Of a DNA stretch of 64,000 nucleotides, positions 1-10,961 are shown one piece after another. Source of the stretch: an uncultured delta proteobacterium (GTDB taxonomy: Bacteria > Desulfobacterota > Desulfobacteria > Desulfobacterales > SG8-13); NCBI GenBank assembly GCA_963848135.1, contig CAWKCK010000001.1:62001-126000 (forward strand), written 5' to 3'. The first letter of the stretch is position 1. Every line of letters starts with the position of its first letter. The notes under the pieces were generated by a model that saw only the letters and a list, made by a program, of their open reading frames with translations, was not told the DNA's origin and did not search any database. The position numbers and the translations under genes are program-made.

Positions 1-2
1 AG

Positions 3-2177
3 GCTGCAGAATTGGATACACCCGGCGATTGGTGTATGGTCAATAACTTCAAGGACGTGTATCGGCCCAAGGCGATCATGCTTCCGGCCGGTAACACGTT
101 CAAGTTCAGCCGGCGTATGAACCGGTTCATCGAAGATCTTCAGATCCGGCTGCCGAAAGAGTTCGAGGGCAAATCTTACCAGGACAAATTGGCCGAAATC
201 AAGAACCGTCTGTCCGTCCAGAAGCAGGAGCATTTCGAGCGGCTCAATCAGTTGGCAAAGAGTAAAAACCTGGTGATTCATCGCTCGACGTCGGGGTATC
301 AGACCATACCGGCCGATGGAGACAAACCGATGGCGCCGGAGGACTTCGCTAAACTGCCCAATGAAAAGCAGAAAGCCATAGAGGAGACTGCCAAGGGACT
401 TCAGTCCGAGATAACCAATACCCTGAGAGACGTCGGCAAGATAAACTATGCCGGACAAAAAGAGATCGAAAAGCTCATGGCTGATGTCGCCCTCTTCGTT
501 GTGGAGGAAAGACTCGATCTGATCCGAGAGGACTACACTGACTTCAAGGAAGTAGTGAATTATCTGGACGAAGTTCAATCAAATATCGTTGAAAACGTCG
601 AAGACTTTCTCAAACCGGCCGAAAGTCCCGGGCCGGCCGCTGACGGCCCGACGCCCATGGGAACGGGCTCGACCTTCAAACAGTACCAGGTAAACATTCT
701 GGCCGACCGCAAGTCGCTCAAAGGGGCTCCGGTCGTTTTCGAACCCAATCCGACCTACATGAACGTTTTCGGTCAAATCGAAAAGCGGGCCTTTATGGGG
801 GCCATTACGACCGATTTTACGATGGTCCAGGCCGGTTCACTGTTGCAGGCCAATGGCGGGTTTCTCATTATGGAAATTGAGTCGGTATTGATGAACCCGA
901 TGGTATGGGACGCCTTGAAAAGGGCGCTGCAGAACAAGCAACTGTCCATCGAAGACCCGCCCAACGCCATCGGTTACAGTTCCGGAACGCTCAGACCGCA
1001 GCCGATTCCTCTGGAAGTTAAGGTTATACTGTTGGGCAACTACCAGACGTTTCAGATGCTTCAGAATTTCGACTCTAAATTCAACAAGATCTTCAATGTG
1101 CGCGCCGATTTCGATTATGAAACCGAACGATCACCGGAGACGATGCAACAGTATGCGCGTTTTATCGCCCGGGTATGCACCGAAGAAAAATTAAGGCCTT
1201 TTGCGCCCGAAGCCGTTGCCGCTATCGTCGAATACGGTGAAAAATTTATCGCCAGTAAAAAGAAGTTGTCTCTGCGTTTCGGACAGATCGTAAACATTAT
1301 CAAGGAGGCCGATCATTGGGCCGGTCAGGATGGCGAGGCCACGGTTGTGACCGAGACCCACATCATCAAGGCATTTAACGAACACCGGTTTCGCTACAAT
1401 CTCTATGAAGAAAAAATGCAGGAGTCTTATGTTGATGACACCATTATGATCGACGTGAGTGGAGAGGTTGCCGGTCAGGTCAATGCTCTGGCCGTATATC
1501 AGATGGGAGACTTCTTTTTCGGCCGTCCGTCCCGGATCACGGCCGAAACGTTTATGGGGAAAAACGGCGTGATAAACATCGAGCGCGAGGCCCGGCTCAG
1601 CGGCAGTACCCATGACAAGGGCGTGCTGATCCTGTCGGGATACCTTGGGCGTACATTTGCCCAGAAATTTCCTCTCAACCTATCAATCAGCATCACTTTC
1701 GAGCAGAATTACAGTGGTATTGACGGCGACAGTGCGTCATCGACGGAGCTGTACGCGATCCTGTCCAGTCTGTCCGGAATGCCCATTCGCCAGGGCATCG
1801 CGGTAACAGGGTCCGTCAACCAGAAAGGCCGGGTGCAGGCCATCGGCGGCGTCAATTATAAAATTGAGGGTTTTTTTGATGTCTGTGAGGCCAAGGGTTT
1901 GAACGGAAAACAAGGTGTCATTATACCACAGGCCAACGTCCAAAACCTGATGTTGAAGCGCGAGGTTATCGACGCGGTTCAACGCGGGCAGTTTCACATT
2001 TACCGGGTCGCTTCCATCGAGGAAGGTATTGAAGTGCTGACCGGGGTGACGGCCGGGGTGCCCGACAATAAAGGCGTGTATCCGGATGGTACCGTATTCG
2101 GTGCTGTTCAAAAGAAGCTCAGCGTTTATATAAAGCAGGCCTATAAGCTCAAGAAGAAATACGAGGAGATCGATTGA
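3..2177 (+). CDS. Lon-like ATP-dependent protease (LonB/LonC type, AAA plus Lon protease domain), 5'-partial
   Basis: Frame is open from the window edge. Lon Ser-Lys dyad context DGDSASS...IGGVNYKIEGFF; AAA-region motifs GSLLQANGG and ADFDYE. Confidence 0.9.
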   Translation, partial: AAELDTPGDWCMVNNFKDVYRPKAIMLPAGNTFKFSRRMNRFIEDLQIRLPKEFEGKSYQDKLAEIKNRLSVQKQEHFERLNQLAKSKNLVIHRSTSGYQTIPADGDKPMAPEDFAKLPNEKQKAIEETAKGLQSEITNTLRDVGKINYAGQKEIEKLMADVALFVVEERLDLIREDYTDFKEVVNYLDEVQSNIVENVEDFLKPAESPGPAADGPTPMGTGSTFKQYQVNILADRKSLKGAPVVFEPNPTYMNVFGQIEKRAFMGAITTDFTMVQAGSLLQANGGFLIMEIESVLMNPMVWDALKRALQNKQLSIEDPPNAIGYSSGTLRPQPIPLEVKVILLGNYQTFQMLQNFDSKFNKIFNVRADFDYETERSPETMQQYARFIARVCTEEKLRPFAPEAVAAIVEYGEKFIASKKKLSLRFGQIVNIIKEADHWAGQDGEATVVTETHIIKAFNEHRFRYNLYEEKMQESYVDDTIMIDVSGEVAGQVNALAVYQMGDFFFGRPSRITAETFMGKNGVINIEREARLSGSTHDKGVLILSGYLGRTFAQKFPLNLSISITFEQNYSGIDGDSASSTELYAILSSLSGMPIRQGIAVTGSVNQKGRVQAIGGVNYKIEGFFDVCEAKGLNGKQGVIIPQANVQNLMLKREVIDAVQRGQFHIYRVASIEEGIEVLTGVTAGVPDNKGVYPDGTVFGAVQKKLSVYIKQAYKLKKKYEEID

Positions 2178-2186
2178 GGCATAGTA

Positions 2187-2759
2187 TTATTCTATTTGTT
2201 TAAGAAGCCACGCCATGTTCTGTCCCAGTGTTCGCATAGTGCCTTGAGCCTCTTCGTCCTTTTCGACGTCACCCTTTTCGTGACCAAAGCCCATATTCCA
2301 ATAATCCGAGCCCGGTACGATCATCTGGCTAATGAAGAAAAAATTATTCAATGAAGCGAAAGTGTGGCTGGCCCCGCCCCGGCGGGCAACAACCACTGAG
2401 GCCCCCAGCTTGCGGCGGAACATGGCATTATTAGCGATGGCTGTCATGCCGGCGCGATCGATTAAAGCTTTGATTTGAGGCGTTACATCTGAAAAGTAAA
2501 CCGGGGAGGCGAGAATGATCGCGTCCGCGGTGAGCATCTTTTCAATGCATTCATTTAAATCATCTTTTTTCACCGCGCAGCGCTGATCTTTATTTTCAAA
2601 ACATTTGTAACAGGCAATGCAGCCGTTGATCTGCTTGCCTTTCATTTGGTAGAGCTCAGTTTCGATGCCTTCCTTTTCCAGTTCATCAAAAACCCAGCGA
2701 GCCATAATGGCTGTATTGCCGTCTTTGCGAGCGCTGCCGTTGAATGCGATAGCTTTCAT
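2187..2759 (-). CDS. Iron-sulfur flavoprotein / NADPH-dependent FMN reductase family
   Basis: N-terminus MKAIAFNGSARKDGNT, Cys cluster CIACYKC-x7-C, ASPVYF. Start placed at the internal ATG at 2759. Confidence 0.9.
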   Translation of the reverse strand: MKAIAFNGSARKDGNTAIMARWVFDELEKEGIETELYQMKGKQINGCIACYKCFENKDQRCAVKKDDLNECIEKMLTADAIILASPVYFSDVTPQIKALIDRAGMTAIANNAMFRRKLGASVVVARRGGASHTFASLNNFFFISQMIVPGSDYWNMGFGHEKGDVEKDEEAQGTMRTLGQNMAWLLKQIE

Positions 2760-2829
2760 TTTCTTTCCTTTCTTGATTCGATCAACATTACAAATGGAGC
2801 AAGTCCTTTTTTGGGCCAGCAAGCACTGG

Positions 2830-3861
2830 TTAATATCCCGCCCGAACAGCCTCGGAAATAGCTTTGAGGTTTTCAAGCGGGGTTTCCAATGGAATGGCGC
2901 ACTCGGGCCCGACGATGTTCACCCCGGACTCGATGGCGTAGCGGGCCTGCTTGTAGACATCTCCAGGCGTACCCATGAACAGCACATTGGCGTTGTCAAT
3001 ATTACCCACCAGGGAGATGCGATCACCTACCCGGTCCACCGCTTCTTTGGCGTCGAGTTGCCACTCGAAATGGTAGGCGTCGAAACCGGCATCCGCAAAC
3101 ATCTCAATGCGATCCTTGCAGTTGCCACAAACGTGCAGGATCAGGGGCCCGCCGATCTCTGAAGTTATGATTTTATGCCGGGGCTGGAGGTATTCCTCGT
3201 AAACCATAGCGCTGACCAGGTCGCCGGTAGCGTGATCCGCCAAAACCACGATATCGGCCCCGGCCTGAAACTGGGCTCGCGCAAACTTGATGGGGATTTC
3301 CATGACTTGGTCCAACATGCAGTTTACCCTGTCCTTGGCCTCGGTATCCCGAATACCCCGGCCCACCTGCATGAGAAAATTCTCCACCCCGGCCAAATGA
3401 TAACTGATGGTCCAGGGCCCCATGACTTTACCCACTACGGCCACCTGATCGCCCACTTGGCGTTTAAGTATCGACAATGCATCGAGCACCACTCTCATAG
3501 AAGGTTTTTCAAGGAGGTCGTGGGGAATCTCCACGTTATGAAAGTCTTTGTAGGGAGATTCCTTTACGTCGGGCATCATGTCGCGGTGGCCCCAATGAAC
3601 TTGGCAACCCAAAGCCTCGCTTTCCTGCTGGACGCTGAACTCGGGCATCACCGTATCGAAGCCAGCCACCTCGTATCCGGTGAGGGCCAGGTCGGCCATG
3701 GCTCTTGCATCCAGGTGGGCCTCGGGAAAGCCTACACCGGCCGCATCCATTAGACCATGGCAGACGATGGAGGTGGGGTTGCCGGCTGGCGGTCTCTCTC
3801 CCCGCCGTCCCCCGTAAAGGGCCGACATGATCAAATTATGAGGTGTGTTTTTCATGTCCAA
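2830..3861 (-). CDS. MtaA/CmuA-family methylcobamide methyltransferase (uroporphyrinogen decarboxylase superfamily)
   Basis: FPEAH, ESEALGC, GPWT, and the zinc-ligand pattern LHVCG ... GPECAIP. Confidence 0.85.
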   Translation of the reverse strand: MDMKNTPHNLIMSALYGGRRGERPPAGNPTSIVCHGLMDAAGVGFPEAHLDARAMADLALTGYEVAGFDTVMPEFSVQQESEALGCQVHWGHRDMMPDVKESPYKDFHNVEIPHDLLEKPSMRVVLDALSILKRQVGDQVAVVGKVMGPWTISYHLAGVENFLMQVGRGIRDTEAKDRVNCMLDQVMEIPIKFARAQFQAGADIVVLADHATGDLVSAMVYEEYLQPRHKIITSEIGGPLILHVCGNCKDRIEMFADAGFDAYHFEWQLDAKEAVDRVGDRISLVGNIDNANVLFMGTPGDVYKQARYAIESGVNIVGPECAIPLETPLENLKAISEAVRAGY

Positions 3862-4005
3862 CCAAAATCGTCAGGGTTGTAAATATCATGCGAAACACGC
3901 GGCGTTTCGCCTCAACTTGGGTTGCTCTACGTTGGGCAGCATTCTAATGCCTAACTAGTCACAATGCAAAGCGGTTTCTTTTTCTGAAAGCTTTTCGGCT
4001 CTGTA

Positions 4006-4348
4006 TCATCCCATCCAGGCCAACGACTGTGGGTCCACCTTTCCCGCCAACCAAAATAGCAGCATTCCCACGACCACCGTTCCACCCAACGATCGCGTCC
4101 ACCAGGCAAAAGCAAACGTCGGCAGGGCCACCCACAACTCAGGCCGCAGAAAGTCGAGATATCTTAGGCTCCCCGTTGAGGATCAAGGCCGGCAGCAGTA
4201 AAGCGCTGAGAATGGCTGCCGGTATCAGTTCCAGCCATTGGACGAACCATTCCGGGAGGGAACGCCGGGAGAGATAGTGCAGGGGCAGCCAGCGGGGCAG
4301 GTAGGTCACCAGGCCCATCCCCAGGAGTAGTAGCAGATAATCAGCCAT
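4006..4348 (-). CDS. azlD: AzlD-family branched-chain amino acid exporter small subunit (apparent +1 frameshift near 4165)
   Basis: GMGLVTYLPRWLP and IPAAILSALL. Removing one base restores EPRYLDFLRPELWVALPTFAFAWWTRSLGGTVVVGM up to TGA at 4006. Overlaps the azlC stop. Confidence 0.8.
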
Positions 4349-5060
4349 TGTCCAAATTACTTCTCATCACTTTCCGTTGGATGATTACCCCCACTGTGGA
4401 GGCAGCTATTGAAGCGATGACGATATAGGTATTGCCTGGAATTATCAGGGCCAGTCCCACAGCAGTAATGCCCGCGACCACAGCAGTTAACAAGTGAATC
4501 GGTTTTCTGATCTGGTAGATGAGAAGGCAGATGAACATGGCGATGAGGGCATAATCGATGCCCAACGCCCCTTCAGGGATGAAGCGACCACCGATGCCGC
4601 CTGCCACGGTACTGATGCACCATGTCAGGTTGGCAGCCTGGTTAACCATCAGGGCCCGGGGCAGACTCCAGGTACGTTCATTGAACCGCGGTAGATTGAC
4701 GGCAAAGCTTTCGTCCGTTACGCCATAGGCGTACAAAGCGAGCAATCCCCGGTGGGCGGCTCGCAAATAGACAGCCAAGGCCGAGCTCATCAGCACATGG
4801 CGTAAATTGACCACAAAGGTGGTGGTAATGATGGCCGGCGCCGATGCCCCACCAGCCAGCATGGAGACGGCAATGAATTGGGAGCTCCCGGCAAAGACCA
4901 TGATAGACATCAGGCCGATCTGGAGGGGTGTGAGCCCCGCCTTCTGGGCCAAAACCCCGAATGCCATGCCGATGGGAAGGTAACCCAGGCAGATGGGCCA
5001 TCCGGCGCTCAACCCCTCTTTGAAGATTGTTGACCTGGCAGCAGATGAAGGGGGCGCCAT
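4341..5060 (-). CDS. azlC: AzlC-family branched-chain amino acid exporter
   Basis: PICLGYLPIGMAFG, FAGSSQF, VNLRH and TDESFA motifs. GGAGG upstream of ATG 5060. Confidence 0.9.
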   Translation of the reverse strand: MAPPSSAARSTIFKEGLSAGWPICLGYLPIGMAFGVLAQKAGLTPLQIGLMSIMVFAGSSQFIAVSMLAGGASAPAIITTTFVVNLRHVLMSSALAVYLRAAHRGLLALYAYGVTDESFAVNLPRFNERTWSLPRALMVNQAANLTWCISTVAGGIGGRFIPEGALGIDYALIAMFICLLIYQIRKPIHLLTAVVAGITAVGLALIIPGNTYIVIASIAASTVGVIIQRKVMRSNLDNG

Positions 5061-5288
5061 ACTCCATAACCTCCAACGAATATTAACCGGCTTTAAACCG
5101 TTTCCAATGTGCTGTTGCCAATAATTTTCACGGCTTCTTCTACAGTGCAAGAAAAGGATCAAACCACGGGCGTAAACATAGACTCGTTCTTAGCTTTTTG
5201 CAAATTTATTTTATTTAAAACAATAAATATCGAACATCTTGCATAGTGACATAAAATATGCGATTTTTTACCAAGTTATACTGGTACT

Positions 5289-5759
5289 ATGAATATGAAT
5301 GCAAAGGTTTTGCAAATGACCAAAATAGACGACTACGACCGGAAGATTATTGCCGCATTACAAGCCAACGGCAGACTTTCCAACATTGATGTTTCTGGAC
5401 TGGTGAACCTGTCCCATTCAAGCTGTTCAAGACGTATTGCTCGACTTGAACGGGAGGGCGTCATCGTAGGGTATCGTGCCCTGACGGATCGACAAAAACT
5501 CGGATTTTCCGTTCGTGCGTATTGTGGTGTGATTCGTGAAGCCGACGTAGGTTGGGAAGAGGTCGCGCACAATCTTGCAAAAATAGAGGGTGTCGTCAGC
5601 GTATTTGCGGTGTCCGGCGAAGTTGACTTGATGCTCGAAATCGTTGCGCGGGACATGCAGCATTACTCTCAAGTCGTTCTTCAGGATGTGTTCAACTCGA
5701 AAGGAGTGAATGCCACGCGTAGTTCTTTCGTACTTGAGGAAGTAAAATCGATCTATTGA
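5289..5759 (+). CDS. Lrp/AsnC-family transcriptional regulator
   Basis: DDYDRKIIAALQANGRLSN HTH and VSGEVDLML. Divergent from azlCD. Confidence 0.92.
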   Translation: MNMNAKVLQMTKIDDYDRKIIAALQANGRLSNIDVSGLVNLSHSSCSRRIARLEREGVIVGYRALTDRQKLGFSVRAYCGVIREADVGWEEVAHNLAKIEGVVSVFAVSGEVDLMLEIVARDMQHYSQVVLQDVFNSKGVNATRSSFVLEEVKSIY

Positions 5760-5856
5760 GCCTTAGCTTGCATGTTTTTTACTTTAAATTCATTGGAAAG
5801 GGGACCATGCACTATTGCCAATGGTCCTTAGTCATACTTCAGGAATAACAATACAG

Positions 5857-6579
5857 ATGAATGATTCAGAGAAAATGCCGGATACTACGATCAACAGTAT
5901 AAGAATGGAATTCGTTTTGATTCAATCGGGTTCCTACAGAATGGGCGGGGACAAGAAACTTGAACAGGCAGAGGATCATGAAAATCCACGACACTTTGTT
6001 AAATTCAGCAAAGCATTTTTTATAGGAAAATATGAGGTAACTCAAGCGCAGTGGTCTGCGATAATGGACAATAACCCAAGTGAATTTAAGGAAGACACAA
6101 GACCAGTGGAAAGGGTTTCATGGAATGATGTGCAAGCGTTTATCCTCAAGCTTAACACTAAAGAAGAAACCAATAAATATCGTCTTCCCACCGAAGCTGA
6201 ATGGGAATATGCGGCAAGGGCTGGCTCAGAGAGTTCTTATACTTGTGGCAGTGCTACTAATATATTAAGCCAATACGCCTGGTACAGGAATAATTCAGGA
6301 GGTGAAACCCATCCAGTCGGTCAATTAATTCCAAATGCCTGGGGCCTTTATGACATGCATGGAAACGTGCATGAATGGTGTCAGGACTGGTTTGATAGGA
6401 AATATTATGCTCAAAGTCCCTCTAATGATCCTTTAGGCCCTCCAGAAGGATTGGCCAAGGCCTTACGGGGGGGCGACTGGGGAAGTGAGGCCTGGTATTG
6501 CAGGTGTGCATCTCGCAGCCTCAGTTCACCGGACCGCCGCAGCGATCGGCTGGGTTTTCGCTTGGTCAGAATGGTTTAG
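5857..6579 (+). CDS. FGE-sulfatase (SUMF1-like) domain protein
   Basis: YEVTQAQW, PVERVSWND, RLPTEAEWEYAAR, NAWGLYDMHGNVHEW, RGG and GFRL motifs. Start uncertain (5815-5875). Confidence 0.88.
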   Translation: MNDSEKMPDTTINSIRMEFVLIQSGSYRMGGDKKLEQAEDHENPRHFVKFSKAFFIGKYEVTQAQWSAIMDNNPSEFKEDTRPVERVSWNDVQAFILKLNTKEETNKYRLPTEAEWEYAARAGSESSYTCGSATNILSQYAWYRNNSGGETHPVGQLIPNAWGLYDMHGNVHEWCQDWFDRKYYAQSPSNDPLGPPEGLAKALRGGDWGSEAWYCRCASRSLSSPDRRSDRLGFRLVRMV

Positions 6580-6813
6580 AGAAAACCTCCCCGCGTTGCA
6601 GCGGAAATCAATTTAGTAAACCCAGACGAATAAAGCAGGTTTTGATTTTTCACATGCAATTGGTAGATCCTGTCTCGCCAGACAATCCCATTAATTGTCA
6701 TCCGTGAATTAATTCAGATAGATTGATCTTATCTTGATCAAAAGCGAAGAAGGCCAACCACAACATCTGGTAGTTGGCCTTCTTTGTTTCGAAGATCTTA
6801 AAAGTTTCGCTTA

Positions 6814-6852
6814 ATAGCAGCAGGCGTGAGTCGGTCAGGCCTTGTGTTTTGT
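6814..6852. repeat. 39-bp direct repeat, copy 1 (copy 2 at 8511-8549)
   Basis: ATAGCAGCAGGCGTGAGTCGGTCAGGCCTTGTGTTTTGT, 36/39 identical to 8511-8549. Confidence 0.85.
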
Positions 6853-6979
6853 TGGATATATAAGACATCAGATATATCAGGGCGTCTGTTTGGCAGTTCA
6901 TTTGAAACATTTAGTTCAGATCTGCCTGAAAGGTGGTGCGGAGCTGGGAGGAGCCCCCCCCCGGTCCTCGATTAGCCAA

Positions 6980-7342
6980 TTAGAACTCATACTCTCTAAC
7001 AATAAATGCCGACGACTTTGAGTGATCGATAAAAGAACCTTCATCTTCTAGCAACTCAGAACTCAATTGTTGTCCCTCCGGCGAACTCATTGCCTCCGTT
7101 AGATCTTCTTCTGAATCAAACCAGACCTCTGCTACGCCATCATATTCGGGAAGCATACCTCTCGAACTTTTCATCCCTTCGTTTAAAGGCGTGTCAACAG
7201 TATGAGATTGTACATATCTCTTTGCCCTCATGGTGCCAGCATTTTTCATAAAGAAAGGGCCATGATTATTCTTCCAATAGTCTTGAAACTGTTCACGGGT
7301 CATTCCTGGGTGGCGGTGTAAACACATTACTAATTTTATCAT
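6980..7342 (-). CDS. EthD-family dimeric alpha-beta barrel protein
   Basis: MIKL...RHPGMTREQFQDYW..NHGP, YDGVAEVWF, DEGSFID. Confidence 0.85.
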   Translation of the reverse strand: MIKLVMCLHRHPGMTREQFQDYWKNNHGPFFMKNAGTMRAKRYVQSHTVDTPLNEGMKSSRGMLPEYDGVAEVWFDSEEDLTEAMSSPEGQQLSSELLEDEGSFIDHSKSSAFIVREYEF

Positions 7343-7409
7343 TCTGTATTCCCCTTTATTGGGTTAGATTTATCATAGAAGCGCTGTTCCACCAATTTGT
7401 GTTCAGACT

Positions 7410-8181
7410 TCAGAACTTACCGTTGTCGTTCTTCCATTCGGTGCGCGGGGGAATTGCTTCGGTAGTGTCCCAGTGCTCCACAAGCTTACCGTTAGCTACA
7501 CGAAATAGATCATAAAAGGAGCTGTGCACACCATTGCGGAATCCTTCACTAACACAAAGCAGGAAATTTCCCTCTGCGAGTAGGCGATGCATTCTGCTGT
7601 ATTGGATCAAGTGTTTGCCGTTAGAGGCAGTCTCTGCCTAGCGCTGATCGTAGTGCTGACAGACCGTCAGACATGAGCGGATTATGTTCCGTGTAGCCCT
7701 CTGCATCTATGTAATGTTCCAACCTATCAAGTTGACAATTGATAAGAACTTCATCGACGAAAGATCTGACGAGTTCTCGATTCACTTCAGTTTTGCCAAG
7801 ATCGGTTACTTCAGTTGGCCCATCAATCATGGTGTGACCGGAAGGATTGGGGCTGATGTGTTTATGTTGCAGGTTGTCCCAATGTTCAACGGCCAAACCA
7901 TCCTCAAAACGGAAGACTTCGAAGCCGATTTCTAATACGTTGAAGTCGTAATCGGTGTGGGCAAAGACATAGTCACCATCCTCGAATATTCGCACGATAT
8001 TGACGCGGGGAGTGGTTTGCGATAGCCGTTTAAATAGTTCCGCCAAGCCTTCGCTCCCCTCACGAGTCAGAGGGTTGTGTTGAATGTACTCATCTTCATT
8101 GACCACAGTTACGGATTCCGGGTCACCTGTTTCAATACCTTTTAATAACTTGCGGATCTGATCTTTTTTTTTCGAAATCAT
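7410..8181 (-). CDS. Tandem SnoaL/NTF2-like domain protein (apparent +1 frameshift near 7637)
   Basis: Two repeats of YIQHNP/YTEHNP ... FR..DG/NG..VEHWD. ORFs 7621-8181 and 7410-7610 join after removing one base. Confidence 0.8.
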
Positions 8182-8510
8182 GGATTGTTACACTTCCTCT
8201 TGTAAAAGCTAACACCAATATCGCATAGACGACTATTTTAGGCAAAAAGCGCCGAAAGCAAATAAATATAGGCGTATGATAATTACATTTCAAAATATAA
8301 CAAGCAGCGGAATTTCGATTCTGAGAACAGGCAAAAATACCATTTTCGAACGATGCTCTGATTACAGATTCAGTGAGGCCATATGGAACTTCTGGGACAG
8401 GTCAATGCTCATGACACCTTGCCACAGGCACAACTATCGGAAATCATACCACCTGTTACGATATGATTTGGCTATCATAGGCTTTTCAATGATTCCGAAA
8501 CTTGCGTTAG

Positions 8511-8549
8511 ATAGCAGCAGGTGTGAGTCGGTCAGACCTTATGTTTTGT
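8511..8549. repeat. 39-bp direct repeat, copy 2
   Basis: Matches 6814-6852 at 36/39. Confidence 0.85.
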
Positions 8550-8604
8550 ATACAGTATCTGCACTTTTTAGGGGTCAAATATTTTGCATATACGTTGGAG
8601 TTAT

Positions 8605-8665
8605 CGGTAACGCTCACATCAGCGGCCTGGCGTTAACCAGGTCCGATTGCATTTGCTTGTTATGT
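8605..8665 (-). other. Integron attC-like recombination site
   Basis: Minus strand reads ACATAAC-AAGCAAATGCAATCGGAC...GCCGCTGATGTGAGC-GTTACCG: AAC/GTT cores and imperfect dyad, 61 bp. Confidence 0.65.
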
Positions 8666-8851
8666 GGCAAGTGAACATCGATCGAGTATAACCGCTAGTA
8701 GCTAAAAGCGGATCCACAAATTTATTGCTTGAGCCGCAGACAACGGCCATGAAAGGACACCCAGATATACAGGTGCTATATAAGTATTCTGCATAAAAGC
8801 GCAGCTATGAATACGAAGACTACCGAACACACAGCCTGATACTAGAAACGA

Positions 8852-10105
8852 TTACCCTGTCCCCAATCGTTCTTTATTACTGGCAAATTTCACTAATGGG
8901 CCAATTGTAAGCCCTTGTACAATAATCGAAAACGCCACCACAATATAAGTTACCGTAAGCAAAACATTCCGCACCTCACCGGGTGGTAGCGACAAAGCTA
9001 ATGCCACCGAAATACCGCCACGCAAACCTCCCCATGTCAGTATCGTTACTACCATCGGGCTAAACTCGCGGTATCGACGCATAATACCGACAGGCACCCC
9101 CACAGAAACCAACCTGGCAAGAAGAATTAACGGTATCATTAGAACACCAGCCCACAGATAAGCCTGCTGATAGCTGAGCACCAAAACCTCCATGCCAATC
9201 AACACAAACAATACCGCGTTTAAAACTTCATCCACCAGCACCCAAAAATTGTCCAGATGTTCACGGGTTTTATCAGACATCGCAAATTTACGCCCGTGAT
9301 TGCCGATCAGTAAGCCTGCAACTACAATCGCAATCGGTGCTGAAATATGCAACCACTCAGCCAGGGTATAACCACCCATCGTTAGGGCCAGCGTGATGAG
9401 CACTTCCACTGTATAATCGTCCACCTGCTTCAGCATCCAGTAAGCAAGGATACCTATGCCAAACCCAAAAACCACGCCGCCGACAACTTCCTGAGCAAAT
9501 AATCCAGCAATCGATAATACCGTGACATCATGCTCACCGGTTGCAAAACTCAACAGAACCACAAACACAACAACAGCAACACCATCGTTAAATAATGATT
9601 CACCCACAATCTTGGTTTCTAATGTTTTAGCTGCACCCGCCTGTTTAAGAATACCCAGCACAGCGATAGGATCAGTCGGCGAAACCAGGGCACCAAATAA
9701 TAGACAATAGATGAGCGGAACCTCAAGGCCGAATAAACTAAAAACTCCATAAGCCATGTATCCAATTATAAAAGTAGCGCCCAGCACACCAACCGTCGCC
9801 AGAATAGTTATCACCCAACGCTGCCTGGCAAGGTCGGCCAGGTTGACATGCAGCGCACCTGCAAATAGCAATAAACTCAACATGCCGTGTAACAAAGTCT
9901 CATCAAAATCTATCGACGCGAGTAACACGGCCACATCCTCTTTTAAACCCAACGACAACGGGCCAAGTAGTAACAAGGCCAAAGATGCGAGCATAGCGAT
10001 CAGCATCAAACCAATAGCAGCGGGTAATTTAAGAAAGCGATAATTGATAAAACTGAAAACAGCAGAGAGAGAAATTAAAATGGCAAGAATGTGGAAAAGT
10101 TTCAT
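8852..10105 (-). CDS. Na+/H+ antiporter, CPA1/NhaP family
   Basis: Highly hydrophobic; SPTDPIAV, GESLFNDG and WGGLRGGISVALAL motifs. Confidence 0.93.
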   Translation of the reverse strand: MKLFHILAILISLSAVFSFINYRFLKLPAAIGLMLIAMLASLALLLLGPLSLGLKEDVAVLLASIDFDETLLHGMLSLLLFAGALHVNLADLARQRWVITILATVGVLGATFIIGYMAYGVFSLFGLEVPLIYCLLFGALVSPTDPIAVLGILKQAGAAKTLETKIVGESLFNDGVAVVVFVVLLSFATGEHDVTVLSIAGLFAQEVVGGVVFGFGIGILAYWMLKQVDDYTVEVLITLALTMGGYTLAEWLHISAPIAIVVAGLLIGNHGRKFAMSDKTREHLDNFWVLVDEVLNAVLFVLIGMEVLVLSYQQAYLWAGVLMIPLILLARLVSVGVPVGIMRRYREFSPMVVTILTWGGLRGGISVALALSLPPGEVRNVLLTVTYIVVAFSIIVQGLTIGPLVKFASNKERLGTG

Positions 10106-10961
10106 AAATAAAATTAGTAAATATCAGTATTTTAATCAAATGACTACAGAACAATAGTGGTCAATTCCCGATTGTTTCATCTGAAGCATCGCTTTTATTC
10201 CAGCTTGCCACAAGCTCTCGGTTTTGATCCCATTCTTTTTCTTTATTGATTGGGCAAGTAATTTGTCTTTGGCTCTGTTACACAAGATCGTATCCAAAAA
10301 AAAACTAATTGTGGCAGGTAACACAGATTAGCTGGTTCTCAGAGTCCCGGTTGGGTCGTTGTCCGCCGCTAGTAGTCAGATTCTGAGGGTCTGCTTTGGG
10401 CCAGTTTAAAGTTGTTGGATTTTTCTGAATACGTGCCACATAACAGGTATTGGGCGGAATCTATTTTATTCAATATGACAGAATCATCTATATTTAATAA
10501 AATAGAAAATTGGTTTGACAATCCCCCGCCATAGTTAAAGGCATTTGTCGGTCCTCCACAATCAGACTTTCTTGCCAGTACCTGGATTTTCAGATTCTGA
10601 GGTTTTTCTATGGATATTTTCTGGCTATCCCAAGTCAATGAAGTATACACACAGTTGCGATTAATAGCAGCTGGTTTCAGTTCACCCAAACGACTGATAC
10701 GTTGGAGTCATTCCCGGTATTGGGAGCCATATTTTAATAGCTATGACCATAATACTTCTCCAGTACCACAAAACCGTTTCGATTGATAATATCACCATGC
10801 TTTTCTAATTGGATAGTCTATCTCGTCTTGTTTACCGGTATTATTAGATGCATAATTCAGAGCATAGACGAATAGTTGACTGGCAACTTTTTCTGGTTGT
10901 TCCATTTATAGAGAAACTGAACACTTTAAAGGTAAGCGGTGATAAATTTGTCTAGTACAAT

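Noticed and set aside
6460..6579. FGE-domain C-terminus as a diversity-generating retroelement variable region
   Set aside because: No template repeat or reverse transcriptase gene is seen in the window.
10369..10905. Possible gene on the minus strand upstream of the antiporter
   Set aside because: Only short broken frames with no recognisable family; it may be a decayed gene but cannot be supported.
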